A DNA stretch of 64,000 nt from Deltaproteobacteria bacterium. GTDB lineage: Bacteria; Myxococcota_A; Polyangia; Polyangiales; Houyiibacteriaceae. This document shows positions 38,352-51,400 of this stretch, in pieces (within the stretch, counting starts at the first letter, position 1; every line of letters begins with the position of its first letter). The notes beneath the pieces are model-generated. The model made no database searches and was not told the origin of the DNA. It saw only the letters and a program-made list of their open reading frames with translations. Position numbers and translations under genes: made by a program. Where the stretch lies: positions 1 to 64,000 of the forward strand of contig JAXMNT010000007.1 of the NCBI GenBank assembly GCA_034670305.1, given 5' to 3'.

Positions 38352-39065
38352 ATGGTCCGCGGCATGAGCCTCGCAGCGCTGCTCGTCGCCACGCCCATCT
38401 TTGGATTCTCCCTCTCGCTGGACCCCAGCCTCGTCACCGGACCTTCCATGGCCGGCGTCGTCGCGGTGCAAGCCATGGAAGAGGCGGAGGAGGAAGCGGC
38501 TGAAGCCGACGACGGTCGACCCCGTCCGGCCACCCTCGCCGAACAGATGCAGCAGCGCGGCCGGATTTCCAAGTTCCACCGGTGGCTCGGCATCGCGACC
38601 TGGGCTTCGATGACGCTCACCGTCCTTCTCGGCATCTTCCAGTGGCGGAACTTATACGGCGCCCGCGAGTTGGGAGACACGCCCTGCGTGCAGGGCGATG
38701 CGATATTCGGGATGAATGCGTGCGTGCGACAACCCGTACCGCATTTGGTGAGCTCGATCCTCACGACCTCGCTCTACACGGTGACGTTCGGCCTCTCGCT
38801 GCGCATGCCCGATCCGATGAACCTGTCCGAAGGCGACAGCGAATACGCACGCAACCTGAGGCGGCACAAACGCCTGCGGTGGGTGCACGTCATCGGGATG
38901 ATCGCGCAACAGGTGCTCGGTGTCGTGATCACCAACGCGGACAGCTTCGGACTCTCCCGCGCCAACGACTACGGAACGCTGCGGGCGCTCAGTACGATCC
39001 ACTTCGCGATCGGCATGGTCACCTACGGCGCGTTGACGTGGGCCGGCGTCATATTCGCATTCTAA
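38352..39065 (+). CDS. hypothetical membrane protein with His-bearing TM helices
   Basis: Signal-like N-terminus and four hydrophobic segments with His residues (FHRWLG, PHLVSS, HKRLRWVH, IHFAIG). Confidence 0.75.
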   Translation: MVRGMSLAALLVATPIFGFSLSLDPSLVTGPSMAGVVAVQAMEEAEEEAAEADDGRPRPATLAEQMQQRGRISKFHRWLGIATWASMTLTVLLGIFQWRNLYGARELGDTPCVQGDAIFGMNACVRQPVPHLVSSILTTSLYTVTFGLSLRMPDPMNLSEGDSEYARNLRRHKRLRWVHVIGMIAQQVLGVVITNADSFGLSRANDYGTLRALSTIHFAIGMVTYGALTWAGVIFAF

Positions 39066-39197
39066 CTGGCGCTACGGGCCTGGCTCGCTTCGCGAGACTG
39101 GCGGCCCTAATTCGCGCCCGTCGCAGGTGCACGAGTGGTGTCGCTTTCTAACTGACGCTACGGGCCTGGCTCGCTTCGCGAGACTGGCGGCCCTAAT
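39061..39197. repeat. two further REP-like units (51-bp direct repeats, 86-bp period)
   Basis: TCTAACTGRCGCTACGGGCCTGGCTCGCTTCGCGAGACTGGCGGCCCTAAT at 39061 and 39147. Confidence 0.9.
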
Positions 39198-40650
39198 CGC
39201 CTGGGCGTTCGTACATGCGCCAGCCGATGCGGCGCTCGAGATCGTCGAGGTTCTCCGGGAAGGCGCCGCGGCCCGAATCGTCGAGGTGCTCGGGTGCCGT
39301 CCGCCAGGTTCCGGTGAGGGTGTGTGCGGCGGCGTCGTAGACCCAGTAACCGTGTTCCGCGTGGCCCAGTAGGTAGATGTCGCCTGCACCCGCGGCGGGC
39401 ACGAGGTGAAGGTCGCTCCTCGGCAGCCGCATTCGACGGGCCCCGATTTCGATCTCTGGGCCACTCCCCGCCGGAAGATGCCGGGCGTGCAACGTGCGTC
39501 CTTCGATCCGAACCGCAGAGGTCGCGCGGAGCTGCCAGTCGCCGCCTTCGAGCAGGGCGCCGCCTGGGAACCAGACAGCGGTGTTGATCATGGAGACGCC
39601 CCACCGGTGCGAGGTCCAGGGCGCCGGTTGCCGAGATGCGGGGAACTCGAGACGGCAGAGCTCGAGCGAGTCGTGCGCCACGCCCACCAGTGGGTAGGTG
39701 CCCCTGCGTCCCGCGGGACTCAGGAACGAGGTGCCTCCGGCGGTGAATCGGTACTCGCCGAGCCCACGAGGCAAGCGGGCGCCCGCGTCGCCGATGAGTT
39801 CTCCGATGGAGTTTCGGTGAAACGCCTCGCCGCCGATCGCGCATACGAAGTCGCCGTGCCGTCGGAGGGCCTGGTCTCGGCCGACGATGGCGTAGTGCAT
39901 TTCCATCTCGTCCTGGTTGCGGAGCGTCTCGAACGCTGCGTCCGATTCGCCCGGGAGCGTCCCGGTGACGGACCCGAGGAAGACGAACAAGACGGTGCCG
40001 TCGGTCGACAGGTACGCGCCTTTCGGGGGCCGTGGCGGGACCACCTGCAGGAGGATGTTTCCGAGCGCGTCCACCACCGCCACCCGCCGATGGGTGAGCA
40101 CCGCCGCCCGGAGACCGCCCCGATCGAACTCGGCCGCATCGAGCCGAGCCCCGAGTGAGATTCGGTGACCCGAAGCATCGTGGAGCTGGGCCTCGCGCGG
40201 TTCGTTGACGACCCAGCGATCACCGAAGGGTGAAGCCGCGAGCAGATGAACCTCGCCAAGGGTGTGGATCAGGGTCTGCATCTCGACCCGTCCGTTGCGG
40301 CGGACGAATGCCCAGTCCCCCCGGGGTCCCCAGTGAAGCACCCGCCCCAGCCGCATCTCGACCCCCGAGAGTCGTTCGAAGACCAAGGGTACGGGCGGCG
40401 GCACCGGCGTTCGCTCCAGCACGCATTCCGGGAGGGACGGAAGGTCGACGGGGGGAGGCCGGGCTTGGTGTTCGGTCGCCTGCAGGATGCTGCGGGGTTC
40501 GACGGTCGGACTCGGTGGTGGCCGTTGCTCGGCAGACGTCGGTTCGGGGGTTGTGCAGCCAAGCACCGCCAGCAGCCAGAGCCCAGCGCGCGTCGCGAGT
40601 CCACCAGGTCTGGAAGACCAAGGAGAACGCGGTCCGCGCGCATGCGTCAC
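39193..40650 (-). CDS. hypothetical lipoprotein, possible beta-propeller
   Basis: GTG overlaps the upstream stop; LWLLAVLGC lipobox, Pro-rich linker, FDRGG/LSTDG-type blade motifs. Confidence 0.65.
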   Translation of the reverse strand: MTHARGPRSPWSSRPGGLATRAGLWLLAVLGCTTPEPTSAEQRPPPSPTVEPRSILQATEHQARPPPVDLPSLPECVLERTPVPPPVPLVFERLSGVEMRLGRVLHWGPRGDWAFVRRNGRVEMQTLIHTLGEVHLLAASPFGDRWVVNEPREAQLHDASGHRISLGARLDAAEFDRGGLRAAVLTHRRVAVVDALGNILLQVVPPRPPKGAYLSTDGTVLFVFLGSVTGTLPGESDAAFETLRNQDEMEMHYAIVGRDQALRRHGDFVCAIGGEAFHRNSIGELIGDAGARLPRGLGEYRFTAGGTSFLSPAGRRGTYPLVGVAHDSLELCRLEFPASRQPAPWTSHRWGVSMINTAVWFPGGALLEGGDWQLRATSAVRIEGRTLHARHLPAGSGPEIEIGARRMRLPRSDLHLVPAAGAGDIYLLGHAEHGYWVYDAAAHTLTGTWRTAPEHLDDSGRGAFPENLDDLERRIGWRMYERPGD

Positions 40651-42140
40651 GGAAGCTCCACCCAGCGCAGTGGAAGGTTCAGTCGCCGTCCCGTGGTTCC
40701 CGAAGCGACCAGGATGCGGCCGGCGTCGTCCGCGTCGAGCGGTCGCTGCCCCTCGTCCAGGGACCGCGCGCTGCCGTCCGACGTCGCGGTGGCGACGACC
40801 GACCAACCCATCGGTTCTCCACGGCCGATGAAGAGGTGGCCAGGCGCTGTGCGGAGCACGTCCCCTTCCTGCCACGCGATCGAGGCCGCGTGACCGTCGA
40901 GTGTGGTCCAGTGCAGTCGCCCCTCGTGGACCGAGTGGGGTTGTCCGTGCATGATCACCGGCTCCCCCGGCAGCGTGAGCGGTCGTCGGCGAAGCGTCGT
41001 GAGGGACACCCACGCCTCGGGGCCGACAATGGAGTCCGCCTCGAGTGGCCAGACGCGCGCGCGGTAGAGGGTCTCGTCGGGCCGGCCGGGGTGAAGAAAA
41101 CGTCCGCTCCGGTCGAAGCCGCCGGTGCGGCAGCGTTCGCTTCCGCGAAACGCGAGCACCTCCATGTCCTGCGACTCGCAGGCGACCAATGCCCAACCTC
41201 CGACTGCGCCGACCCAGTGCACGCCGCACTCCGCCGGAATGGTGGTGGCGCCATCGCTCTGGAACTGGCGCACGTTCACCCCCACCCCCGCCGCGGCGCC
41301 TGGATGGACCGCGGCGATGTGCTCGGCGCCCAGCGTGGCGACCGCGGGTGGCGTGTCGGTCAAGGTGACCTCGCCCGAGGTGAGGCGGGCGTGGAGCGGA
41401 TGGACCTCGCCGGATGGGCGGGCGTTCTTGCCATCGAGTTCCCCGCAGGCTTCGGGGCGGGGTTCCCGCCAACCCTCCGCGGCCGAGAGCGCGAAGACGG
41501 TCTGGCCGCCACGCGACAACCAGACTGGTCCCACGTGCGTCCCCTCCGGGATGCGCACGGTCCACGCCCGCGCTTGGTCTTGGTTGCGGACGAGCGCTTG
41601 GACTCGGAGGCCGACGTCGGGGTCCACGAACGCCACCCGCGCCCCCGTGGGGTCGAACGCGCTGGAGATGCGTTGCTGTGGGTCGTACGCGGCCAGGCGC
41701 TCCGTCTGACCCGTCGCCAGTTCGACCAGGTGCAGGGCGGCATCCAGCCGAACCAAGGCAAACCGGCCGCGTGGTCCGAGTCGGACGAGTCCGTCGAGGG
41801 TCATGGTCCCCGCGGCCCGGACGAGGGTGGGGCGGTCGTCGGGACAGTGCAGTACCCACTCGCCGTGTCGACCGGCAGCGACGAACACCGTCTCTCCAGA
41901 AACGCCGATGGCTCCATCGATCGGAACGATGGGTGCTTGGGTGCCCGGCGGAGGCACGGGCGGCTCGGGCAGCGGGTCACAGAGCGGAAGCGTGTCCAGG
42001 CCTGGCGGTTCGGGCACTTCCGAGACGAGCGCTTCGTCGGGTCGGGCCTCGGTTTCGGTCGGGGCTTCGGACGGAGGGTCGTCGTCGCATCCCCAGGTGA
42101 AACCGACCACCACACCGAACCACAGGAGCCAGTACTTCAT
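40647..42140 (-). CDS. hypothetical lipoprotein, possible beta-propeller
   Basis: MKYWLLWFGVVVGFTWGC lipobox, Pro/Glu linker, AFDPTG/LSRGG blade motifs. Confidence 0.7.
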   Translation of the reverse strand: MKYWLLWFGVVVGFTWGCDDDPPSEAPTETEARPDEALVSEVPEPPGLDTLPLCDPLPEPPVPPPGTQAPIVPIDGAIGVSGETVFVAAGRHGEWVLHCPDDRPTLVRAAGTMTLDGLVRLGPRGRFALVRLDAALHLVELATGQTERLAAYDPQQRISSAFDPTGARVAFVDPDVGLRVQALVRNQDQARAWTVRIPEGTHVGPVWLSRGGQTVFALSAAEGWREPRPEACGELDGKNARPSGEVHPLHARLTSGEVTLTDTPPAVATLGAEHIAAVHPGAAAGVGVNVRQFQSDGATTIPAECGVHWVGAVGGWALVACESQDMEVLAFRGSERCRTGGFDRSGRFLHPGRPDETLYRARVWPLEADSIVGPEAWVSLTTLRRRPLTLPGEPVIMHGQPHSVHEGRLHWTTLDGHAASIAWQEGDVLRTAPGHLFIGRGEPMGWSVVATATSDGSARSLDEGQRPLDADDAGRILVASGTTGRRLNLPLRWVELP

Positions 42141-42481
42141 CCTGCAGAGCCTAGCGTGAAGCGGGTCGGACGCAGCCGCTCGCTGTCCGGTGCCACCACG
42201 GCATGAATGCCCCGCCAATTGCCCATCCTCCCAACAATCGCACCCGCGCATGCGCGACTCTGGAAACACCGCTTGATTGGCGGACCGCGCCGCGGTTACC
42301 ATCGCCCGCGCTCGATGGGGGGCGGCTTTCCTTCGAGAATCCTTGAGTTTTTTAGGTTCGAGGCCCCTCCCGCGGGCACCTCGAAGGACTGCGTTTGCGG
42401 GCAGTGTTTGGGGTGACGAGGGTGTGGATTCGACTTCGTAGAACGCGTGTTTTCATCACGAGTTGGGAGGCATAGGAGCCG

Positions 42482-45400
42482 ATGGCGTCGCTGACGGTCT
42501 CGAACTACTTGGGCATGTTGCAGGACGATCCGGAGAACCGGGAATCGTTCGAGGGACTGCGCGATGTGCTTGCCTCCGGAGATCCAGCGTTGCTGGGGGA
42601 TCAGCCCATGCGGCTGCTGGAGGCTGCGCGGCACGAACATGAAAAACACGGCGAGACCCAAGCGGTCGCGTGGTTGATCGAGCTGGAGTCGTCGCACAGC
42701 GACGACGACCCACGGTTCCAAGCCGCGCTTTGCAAGGAGCTCGGTCGGATCAAACACGAAGAACTGCTCGACGACGCCGGCGCACTCGAAGCGTACGCGA
42801 GGGCGCTCGAACTCAAACCGGGCGACGAAGACGTCGAGGTGGCGATCGAGGAGATCGAACAATCCGCCGAGAAGTGGCGGGCCATCGCGGACCGCTTCAT
42901 CGACGAAGCCAAAGACGCGAGCGACGCATCGCTCAAGGCTTCGATGCTCGCGCGCGCGGCCGGGCTGGTGTGGCAACACCGGACGAAGGGCCGCAACAAG
43001 GAAGTCGACAAGCTCTTCAAGCGGGCGCTTGCGGCCGATCCATCGAGCACCCGGGCAGCCCGACTCTATTGTGTGACGTTGCGCAACCGCGAGAAGTTCG
43101 CGGAAATGGCCGAGGTGCTGCGCACGACCGCCGACGCGGCACGCGGCCGCGACGACAAGCTGATGCTCTACCTCCACGCCGCGCGTGTGAGTCTGCATCA
43201 GCTCGCAGACCGTCCTGCTGCAGCGGGCTGCTACGAACGCGTGCTCGATTTCGTGCCCGGCCACGAAGAAGCGCTGCGGTTCTTGGTCGAACACTTCACG
43301 CGGCAAGAGGAGTGGGACCACCTCGTTGCACTCTATGAAGACGCGCTCCGTTCGCGACAGAAGCTCGAGAGCGAACAAGGGATCCTGCTGCAGATCGGCA
43401 TGGTCCATTGGCGGATCCGCAACGCGCCCAAGCAAGCCGAACCGTACTTCGCGCGGCTTCGAAAGATCGATCCGGCGCACCCGGGGATGCTCGGGTTCTA
43501 CCGCGAGTACCTGACGGCGCTGGCAGACCACGAAGATTCGGACATCGCATCGGACGCATCGATCCGACTGCTGACGATTCTCACGGATGCCCAGCGCGTC
43601 GCGAACGACGAGTCGCTCAAGGTCGAACTGGCCGTGGAGCTCGCCCGCGCGGCCCAGCGCACCGATGCGACCGAACGCGCGATCGACGCGTGGAAGTCCG
43701 TCCAGCGGATCGACCCCACCCACGAGGAGGCCGGTCAGGCCCTGCGTGGGCTGTACCGACGCGGGCAGAAGTGGAACGCGCTCGTCGAGGTGATGCGCGC
43801 CGAACTGGATGCGTTGCCGGCCAACTCGGAAGACGACGCGCTCCGCAGCCGAAGGGTGGAGTTGCTGCGTGAACTGATCGTCATCTACCGCGACGAGTTG
43901 AAGCTCGACGTGATGGTGATCAACACCTGGAACGCGCTCCTCGAAGAAGACCCGAGCGACCCAGAGGGTCTTGCGCAGCTGGCCGCCACCTACGAGGGCA
44001 TGGGCCGCTGGAACGACCTCATCCAAGTGCTGACGAAGCAGGTCGATGCGACCGACGACACCACCGAGAAGGTCTCGCTCCTGTCCCGCATCGCCGGCCT
44101 CTGGATCGACCGGTTCGCGAACTACAACCAAGCGACCACGCCGCTCGAAGCGGTGATCGATCTGGAGCCCGAGAACCGCGATGCGCTGAGCCAGCTCAAG
44201 ACCATCTACACCAAGAAGCGGTCCTGGAAGCAGCTGTACGCGGTGCTCGAAAAGGAGTCGCAACTCGCGAGCGATCCCGAAGCCCGACTGGCGATGAAAC
44301 TCGAGCTCGCGAAACTCGCGGGCGACCGGCTTCACCAGCACGCCGAAGCCATCCAGCTGTGGCGCTCGATCCTCGAGGAGGCGCCCGACACGGAAGGCGC
44401 GATTCCCACGCTCGAGAAACTCGCCGACCGCGAGAAGGACTGGACCACACTTGCGTTTGTGCTCGAGCTCCGCGTGGACCGCGAAGACGGGGACAAGGGC
44501 AAGATCAAGGTCCTGCAGAAGCTGGGTGGCGTCTACGGCGAGCACCTCGACGACCCGGCCAAGGCGGCCGACACCTGGAAACGCATTCTCGAAGTCGACC
44601 CGAAGAACGGGCGTGCGCTCCGGACCCTGCGGGAGGCATTTCTCAAGGGCCAGGACTGGGATGGGCTCGAAGCGCTGTACGCGGAAGCGGAGGACTGGGA
44701 AGGCTTGGTGGACGTGCTCGGGAGCGCCGCAGAACGCACCGACGATCCCCAAGTCACCGTCACCCTCTCGTTTCGGGCCGCCGCGGTCTACGAAGAGAAG
44801 ATCGGCAAACCCGAGCGCGCGTTCCGAAGCTACGAACGCGTCCTGAAGGTCGAGCCGAACAACCTCGAGGCGGCGCGTGCACTCGTGCCCATCTACGAGG
44901 CCCAGGAGAAGTGGCCTCAGATCGTCGCGATGAAAGAGATCCTCATCGGAGGCATGGACGACGACGCCGACAAGCTGGTCGCGGCCGACGAGCTTCGTGC
45001 ACTGTATGCGGAACGACTTCGCGACGAAGCCGGCGCATTCGAGTGGGCGAAGCTGGCCTACGAACTCTCCCCCGACGACGCTGAGATGCAGGGTCACCTG
45101 GAGACCGCGGCCGGTGCCGCCGGCAGCTGGGAGGAACTGGCAGCCGTCTACCAGAAGCGGCTCGCGGACGACGCGACCTCAGACGACACCAAACTCGCGC
45201 TTGGTCGGCGTCTCGCCACGATCAGCGGAGAACGGCTGGGCAAGACCGACGAAGCCATCTCGCAGCTCGAGCGGGTGCTCGAAGGCGATCCCTCGGACGT
45301 CGAGACCCTCAAGTTGTTGGACGGACTCTACCGAGCCGAGGGGCGCACGGAAGACCTTCGCCGACTTGGCGAACATCGCCTCGAACACGCGCTCGACGAC

Positions 45401-48400
45401 GCCAGCCGTCGGGACGCGTTGGTGGACTTGGCGCACCTCGAAGAGGATGTGCTGGAGGACGCCGACGCGGCCGCCGCCCGGTACCGCAAGGTCCTGGAAC
45501 TCGACGCGGAAGACACCGAAGCGCTCGGTGCACTCGACCGACTCGCGGTGCTCGCCGAGCGCTGGGACGAGCTCGTCGATGTGTTGCGCCGCCGCATCTT
45601 GATCGCGGAAGAGGACGACCAGGCAGAGCTTGGCGTCCGTCTTGGGGACTTGCTGCGGTCCCACACGGGCGACAACCGCGGGGCCCTCCAAGCGTACGCC
45701 GAGGTGCTGCACATCCAACCTCGCAGCGGGCGCGCGATTCTGGGATTGGAAGCCGTGGCGGAAGCCGATCCGGAGTTGGTGCTCGAGACGGGCCGCCACC
45801 TGGAACCGGCCTACGAGTCCACGAACCAATGGGAGAAGCTCGCTTCGGTCCTCAAGGCACGGCTTCGCGCCACCGAGGACGGCGACGACAAACGCGCTCT
45901 GCGGCTTCGGCTCGCCGAGCTGCAGTCGACCACGCTCGGGGACACCGAGGGCGCGTACAACGCGCTCGAAGCGGCCTTCCTCGACCGACCGTCCGACGTC
46001 GAACTATGGGATCGATTGGCGGCTGCGGCCGATGCCGGCGGCAAACACGAGGCGCTCGTGCTCGCGTTCGCGACGGGCATCGAAGCCGGTGGCCTCGGCG
46101 CCGCCGACGTGGCGCAGCTCTCGGGACGCGTGGCGGAGATCTACGATGTGGTGCTCGGTCGTCCGCCGGAGGCGGAACCGTTCCACAAGCGGGTTCTGCA
46201 GGACGATCCCCTCCACGAGCGCGCGTTCCTCGCGCTCAAAGAACTCTACACGGACGGTGAGCGCTGGGACGACCTCCAGATGCTGTACCGCAACCGCATC
46301 GCCGAGACGGTGGACGGAGACTCGAAGCGCGAACTGCTCCTGCAGGTCTGCTTCCTCTTCGAGGAGATCCTCGAGGACCCGTTGCTCGCGATCCGCTCGT
46401 ACCAGGAGGTCCTGGAGCTCGACCCCGACCACGAACCGTCCCGGGCGGCGCTCAACCGGCTCTACCGACGCAGTGAGCAGTGGCGCGACTTGGTGGCGCT
46501 GCTTCGGCAGGACGTCGACCGGACGATGGACGACGACCGCGCGCGGCTGGCGCTGACGTTCGAGATCGGTGAGTTGCACGAACAGAAGCTCGAAGATCCC
46601 GGCGTCGCGGTCGACTGCTACGAGCAGGTGCTCGAGGCGAGCCCCACCCACGTCAAGGCCCAACAGGCGCTCGAACGGCTCATCGACGTCGGTGCGCAGC
46701 GGCAGCGGGTGGCAGCGATCCTGGAGCCCCTCTACGAAACCCAAGGGGCCTGGGCCGAGCTGGCGCGGGTGCTCGCGGTGCAACTCGAAGCCGTCTCCGA
46801 CCCTGGTTCGCGCGTGGGTCTGCTGACCCGGCTTGCCGCCTTGCGCGAAGACAAGCTCGGAGATTCGGAAGGTGCGTTCTCAGCCTTCGCCGATGCGGTG
46901 ACCACCGATCCTGCCGACGCCACCTCGAGGCAGGAACTCGGACGTCTGGCGACACTGCGCGGCGCCGATCGCGAGCGGGCAGAAGTGCTCGAGACCGCGG
47001 CCGCGTCCGCGGACGGCTACCTCAAAGCGGAGATCTTGCTGGAGCTGGCCCGCCTCTGGGACGACCAGGTCGGCGATCGAGAAGCCGCCGAGCGCACCTA
47101 CACGAAACTCATCGAAGTCGACGGGGACAACCCAGACAGTGTGTTGCCTGCGGCGCGTGCGCTCGAGCGCATCCACCTCGCGAACGACGACCACCCGAAG
47201 CTCGCCGAGGATCTGCGGCTTCAGATCAAGCTCAACTACGACCCCGACGAGAAGCGCGGCCTCTTGATCCGGCTCGCGCTCTTGCTCGAGGACGTGCTCG
47301 AAGACGTGCCTGGCGCGATCGCTGCGCAGCGTCAGCGGCTCGACCTCGATCCGGACGACACCGACGCGCTCCGCGCACTCGAACGGCTCTACGAGCGCGA
47401 AGGCGAATGGCAGAAGCTGGTCGGTGTGCTGCAGAGCCGCGACTCTGCGACCACCGACGCCGGCGAGCAGGAGACGATCGCGCAGCGCATCGGCGAGATC
47501 TACGAGACCAAGCTCGACGACGCGGACGACGCCATCGTCGCGTACAACGACGCCCTCTCGAGGTTCGGTCCGTCCGAAGGCACGCTGATCGCACTCGCCC
47601 GGCTCTACGCCGGCAGTGAGAAGTGGGACGACCTGCTCGAGATCCTCGAGATGAAACTCGAGCGCGCGACCGCGGACGACGAACGCGCCGACCTGCACTT
47701 CCGGATGGCGCAACTCATGCGGACCCGCACCGGCGACGTGGAGCGTGCGGTGGAGGTCTACGCCGAGGTGCTGAGTCTCTCGCCAGGCCATCCGGGCGCC
47801 GTCGAAGCGCTCGAAGAAGTCATCACGAATCCCAACGCGGACTTCCGCGTGGAAGCCGCTCGTACCCTCGTTCCGTTCTACACGGAGCAAGGCCGACACG
47901 GCGATCTGGTCGGGGCGCTCGAAGTCGTCGCGGAGACCGACGATCCGACCGAGAAACTGCAAGCGCTTCGCCGCGCGTCCGAAGTCGCCGAGATGGGGCT
48001 CGAGGACGAGGGCCAAGCCTTCCGTTTGACCGCCGCGGCCGTACGCGCCGCGTTGGGGGAGGGCAACCTCGGTCCGATGCTGGCGGACCTCGAACGGCAC
48101 GCGGTGTCGGCCGAGAAACACGCCGAACACGCGGAGCTCCTCGAGGCGATCGCACCGGACATCCTCGACGGGGATCTGCAGACCGAAGCGTTGATGCGCT
48201 GCGCGCTCGTCGTGCGCACGCGGCTCGAGGATCGCAGCCGCGCCCGGGCGCTCTACCAGCGGGTCTTGGACCATCGCCCCGAGCACCGTCCGGCGCTCGA
48301 TGCCCTCGAGGAACTGCACGCGGAGGTCGACGACCACCACGCGTTGCTCGACATCCTGCGTCGCAAGACCGATCTGGCCGACAGCCCGGAAGCGCGCATC

Positions 48401-51400
48401 GCGTTGCTCGAACGGCAAGCGCAGATCTGTGAGGACCACACGGGCGACCTCGTCTCCGCGATCGACGCGTACGAGCAAGTGCTGGGCGAACAAGACACCC
48501 GGCGCGAAGGCTACGAAGCGCTTCGGCGGCTCTACGCCAAGGCCGAACGCTGGCCGGATCTCTCCGCGACGCTCGAGCGACAGCTCGAGGCCGGCGCGGG
48601 CGATCCAGTCGAGGTTCGCTACGAACTGGGTCGGGTCTCCTTGCAGCGTCTGAACGACGCGTACGTGGCACTCGATCACTTGCGCGAAGCATTGGCGCTC
48701 GATTCGGGACACGAGCCGTCGATCGCGCTGCTCGAGTCGATGATGGCTCAGGACGAACACCGCGGAGACGCGGCTGAGATCCTGGAACCCGTCTTCCTCG
48801 GCCGGATGGATTGGCCGAAGGTCACGTCCACGCTCGAAGCACGCATCTCGTCGACGGATGCCCCCGAGGACAAGAAACCTCTGCTCGCCAAACTCGGACA
48901 GATTCACGAGGACTACCTGGAGGATCTGGAGGGCGCGCTCGCGGTGTACATCCGACTCTTCCAGTCGGACCCCGCCGACCGGGGAAGCTGGGAGACGTTG
49001 GCGCGGCTCTCCCGCATCCTCGAATCGCACGACGCAGTGGCGGCTGCCTACGGTGGCGTGGTCGAACGTGGCGGCGTGGTGGACGAAGACACCGCGGAGC
49101 TCGCGCGCATGGCCGGCCGACTCTACGACGACAAACTCGGCGACGCGGAACACGCGACCGGCATCTGGACCAAGGTGCTCGAGTTCGAACCCACCGATCG
49201 CGAGGCCTTCGAGGCGCTCGAGCGCGGCTACGGCAAACTCGAACGCCACGACGCGCTGCTCGACCTGTTCCGCCGCCGGGTGGACTACGGCGAGAGCGAC
49301 GAGGAGCGCGTACAGCTCCTGCACAAGATCGCGGCGCTCCACGAGCAGCGCGAAGAAACCGAAGAAGCGATCGCCGCGTTTCGCCGCGCGCTGGAGTTCG
49401 ATCCGGCCGACGCGACCGCCACGCAGGCCTTGGACCGGCTGCTCGGCGGCGCCGCGCGTTGGGATGATCTCGCAGACCATCTTCGGTTCCGGATCGACAA
49501 CGCCGCGGGCACCGATGCGGAGTTCGAACTGAAGCACCGGCTTGGTGTGTTGCTCTCGGAACAGCTCGGCGAACACGAACGCGCGATCGATGTCTTCGAG
49601 GAGATCGTGGTCGAGCGACCGAACCACCAGAAGACGATCGAATCGCTCGAGGGGCTGGTCACGCGAGAAGCCTTGAGAGGACGGCTGACCCAGATCCTGG
49701 AGCCGCTCTACCGCGCGCAGGACCAGTGGATGAAGCTGGTCGCCGTGCTGGAGGCGCGGGTGAACCTTGCGGAACATCCGGCGGACCAGGCGCCGATCTT
49801 GGCCGAGATCGGCCGACTGCACGAAGACCGTGGAAGCGACCCTGGCCGCGCCTTCGTGGCGTGGACGCGGGCGTTCGTCTGTGATCCCCAGGACGACGCG
49901 GCGCGCGGCGAAGTCGACCGGCTCGCCGGATTGCTCGAAGCCTGGGACGCGCTCATCGCAGCCTACGAAGAAGCGCTGCGCAAGAGCGACGATCCCATGC
50001 TCGGGTCCCGTCTGCTTGGCGTGATCGCACGTGTGCACGACGAACGTCGGGGCGACCCGCGCTCGGCGATCGAGACCTACGAGCGGCTCGCCGCCCATGA
50101 TCAAGAAGACCTCACCGCACTCGACGCACTCGAAGCCCTTCACACGATGGTGGGCGACTGGCGCGGCTTGGTGGAGGTGCTCGACCGAAAGGTGGAGCGA
50201 ACCTACGAGCCCGAGGCCCGCGCGGAACTGCTTCGGCAGGCGGCTTCCGTTCTCGAGGAGCTGCTCGGCGACCCGAAGGGCGCCATCGTGCTCTACCAGC
50301 GCGCCAGCGACGAAGACCCGAACGACGTCATCGCGCTCGAAGCGCTCGACCGGCTCTACGCCTCGTCGAGCAACGACGAGAAGCTCGCCGAAGTGCTCCT
50401 GCGACGCATGGAGGCCGATCCTGACGTCGAGACCCGCGTGGAGCTCGGACAGCGGCTCGCCCAGCTCTACGAGACGCAGCTCGACCGTCCCCACGACGCG
50501 ATCGATGTGTTCGTCCGAGTGCTCGAGATGGACCCGCAGAACACGCCATCGGTCACCGGCCTCGGCCGGCTGTACGAACGGCAGGCGATGTGGCCGGAGC
50601 TCTTGGACAACCTGAAGCTGCGGGCGGGCCTCGCCGAGTCGTCGACCGACCGAGTGGCGCTCATCCACCGCGCCGGCGCGGTCACCGAGCGCGAACTCGA
50701 CGACGTGCTCGAAGCGCTGGTCCTCTATCAGCAGGTGCTCGACATCGACAACCGGCACGAGCCGTCGCTTCAAGCCTTGGTGCGCATCAGCCACCTCGAG
50801 GACTACCGGCTGCAGGCGGCCGAGATCCTCGAGCCGCTGCTCCATGTGCACGAACGCTGGGACCTGCTCGCAGATCTCAAGAAGCTGAAGGCCGATGCGG
50901 CCACCGACCCGTTCGACAAGAAGGCGGAACTGAGCGCGCTCGCCCAGGTTCGCGAGAGCGGGCTGCAAGACACGCAGGGCGCCTTCGATGCGTACGCTGC
51001 GGCCTTCGCGGAGGACCCGGCGGATGAAGACATCGCCGAACACCTCGAGCGGCTGGCGGCGATGACCGACGGCTACGGACGGCTCGCCGACGAGCTCTCG
51101 ACCCGCGCCGGCGGAGCGCTCGATCCGGTCGTCGCACGCGGTCTGTTCGAACGGCTCGCCCGCATCGCCGAGGAACGACTCGACGACCCAGCCCGTGCGA
51201 TCGATGCGTACGCGAGGGCCCTCGAGCAGGTCGGCGACGACGAGGACCTTCTCGCCGCACTCGACCGGCTCTACGTCAAGACCGAGAACTGGAGCGCGCT
51301 CGTCGAAGTGCTGGAGCGCCGTACCAACCTCGCCGACGACCCGACCGAACGCGCCGCGCAGCGGGTGCGTCTGGGCGAGATCCGCGAGACCCACCTCGGT

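Noticed and set aside
38009..39197. 36-bp palindromic repeats as a CRISPR array
   Set aside because: Spacing is irregular (227, about 836 and 86 bp), a gene lies between copies, and no cas genes are present.
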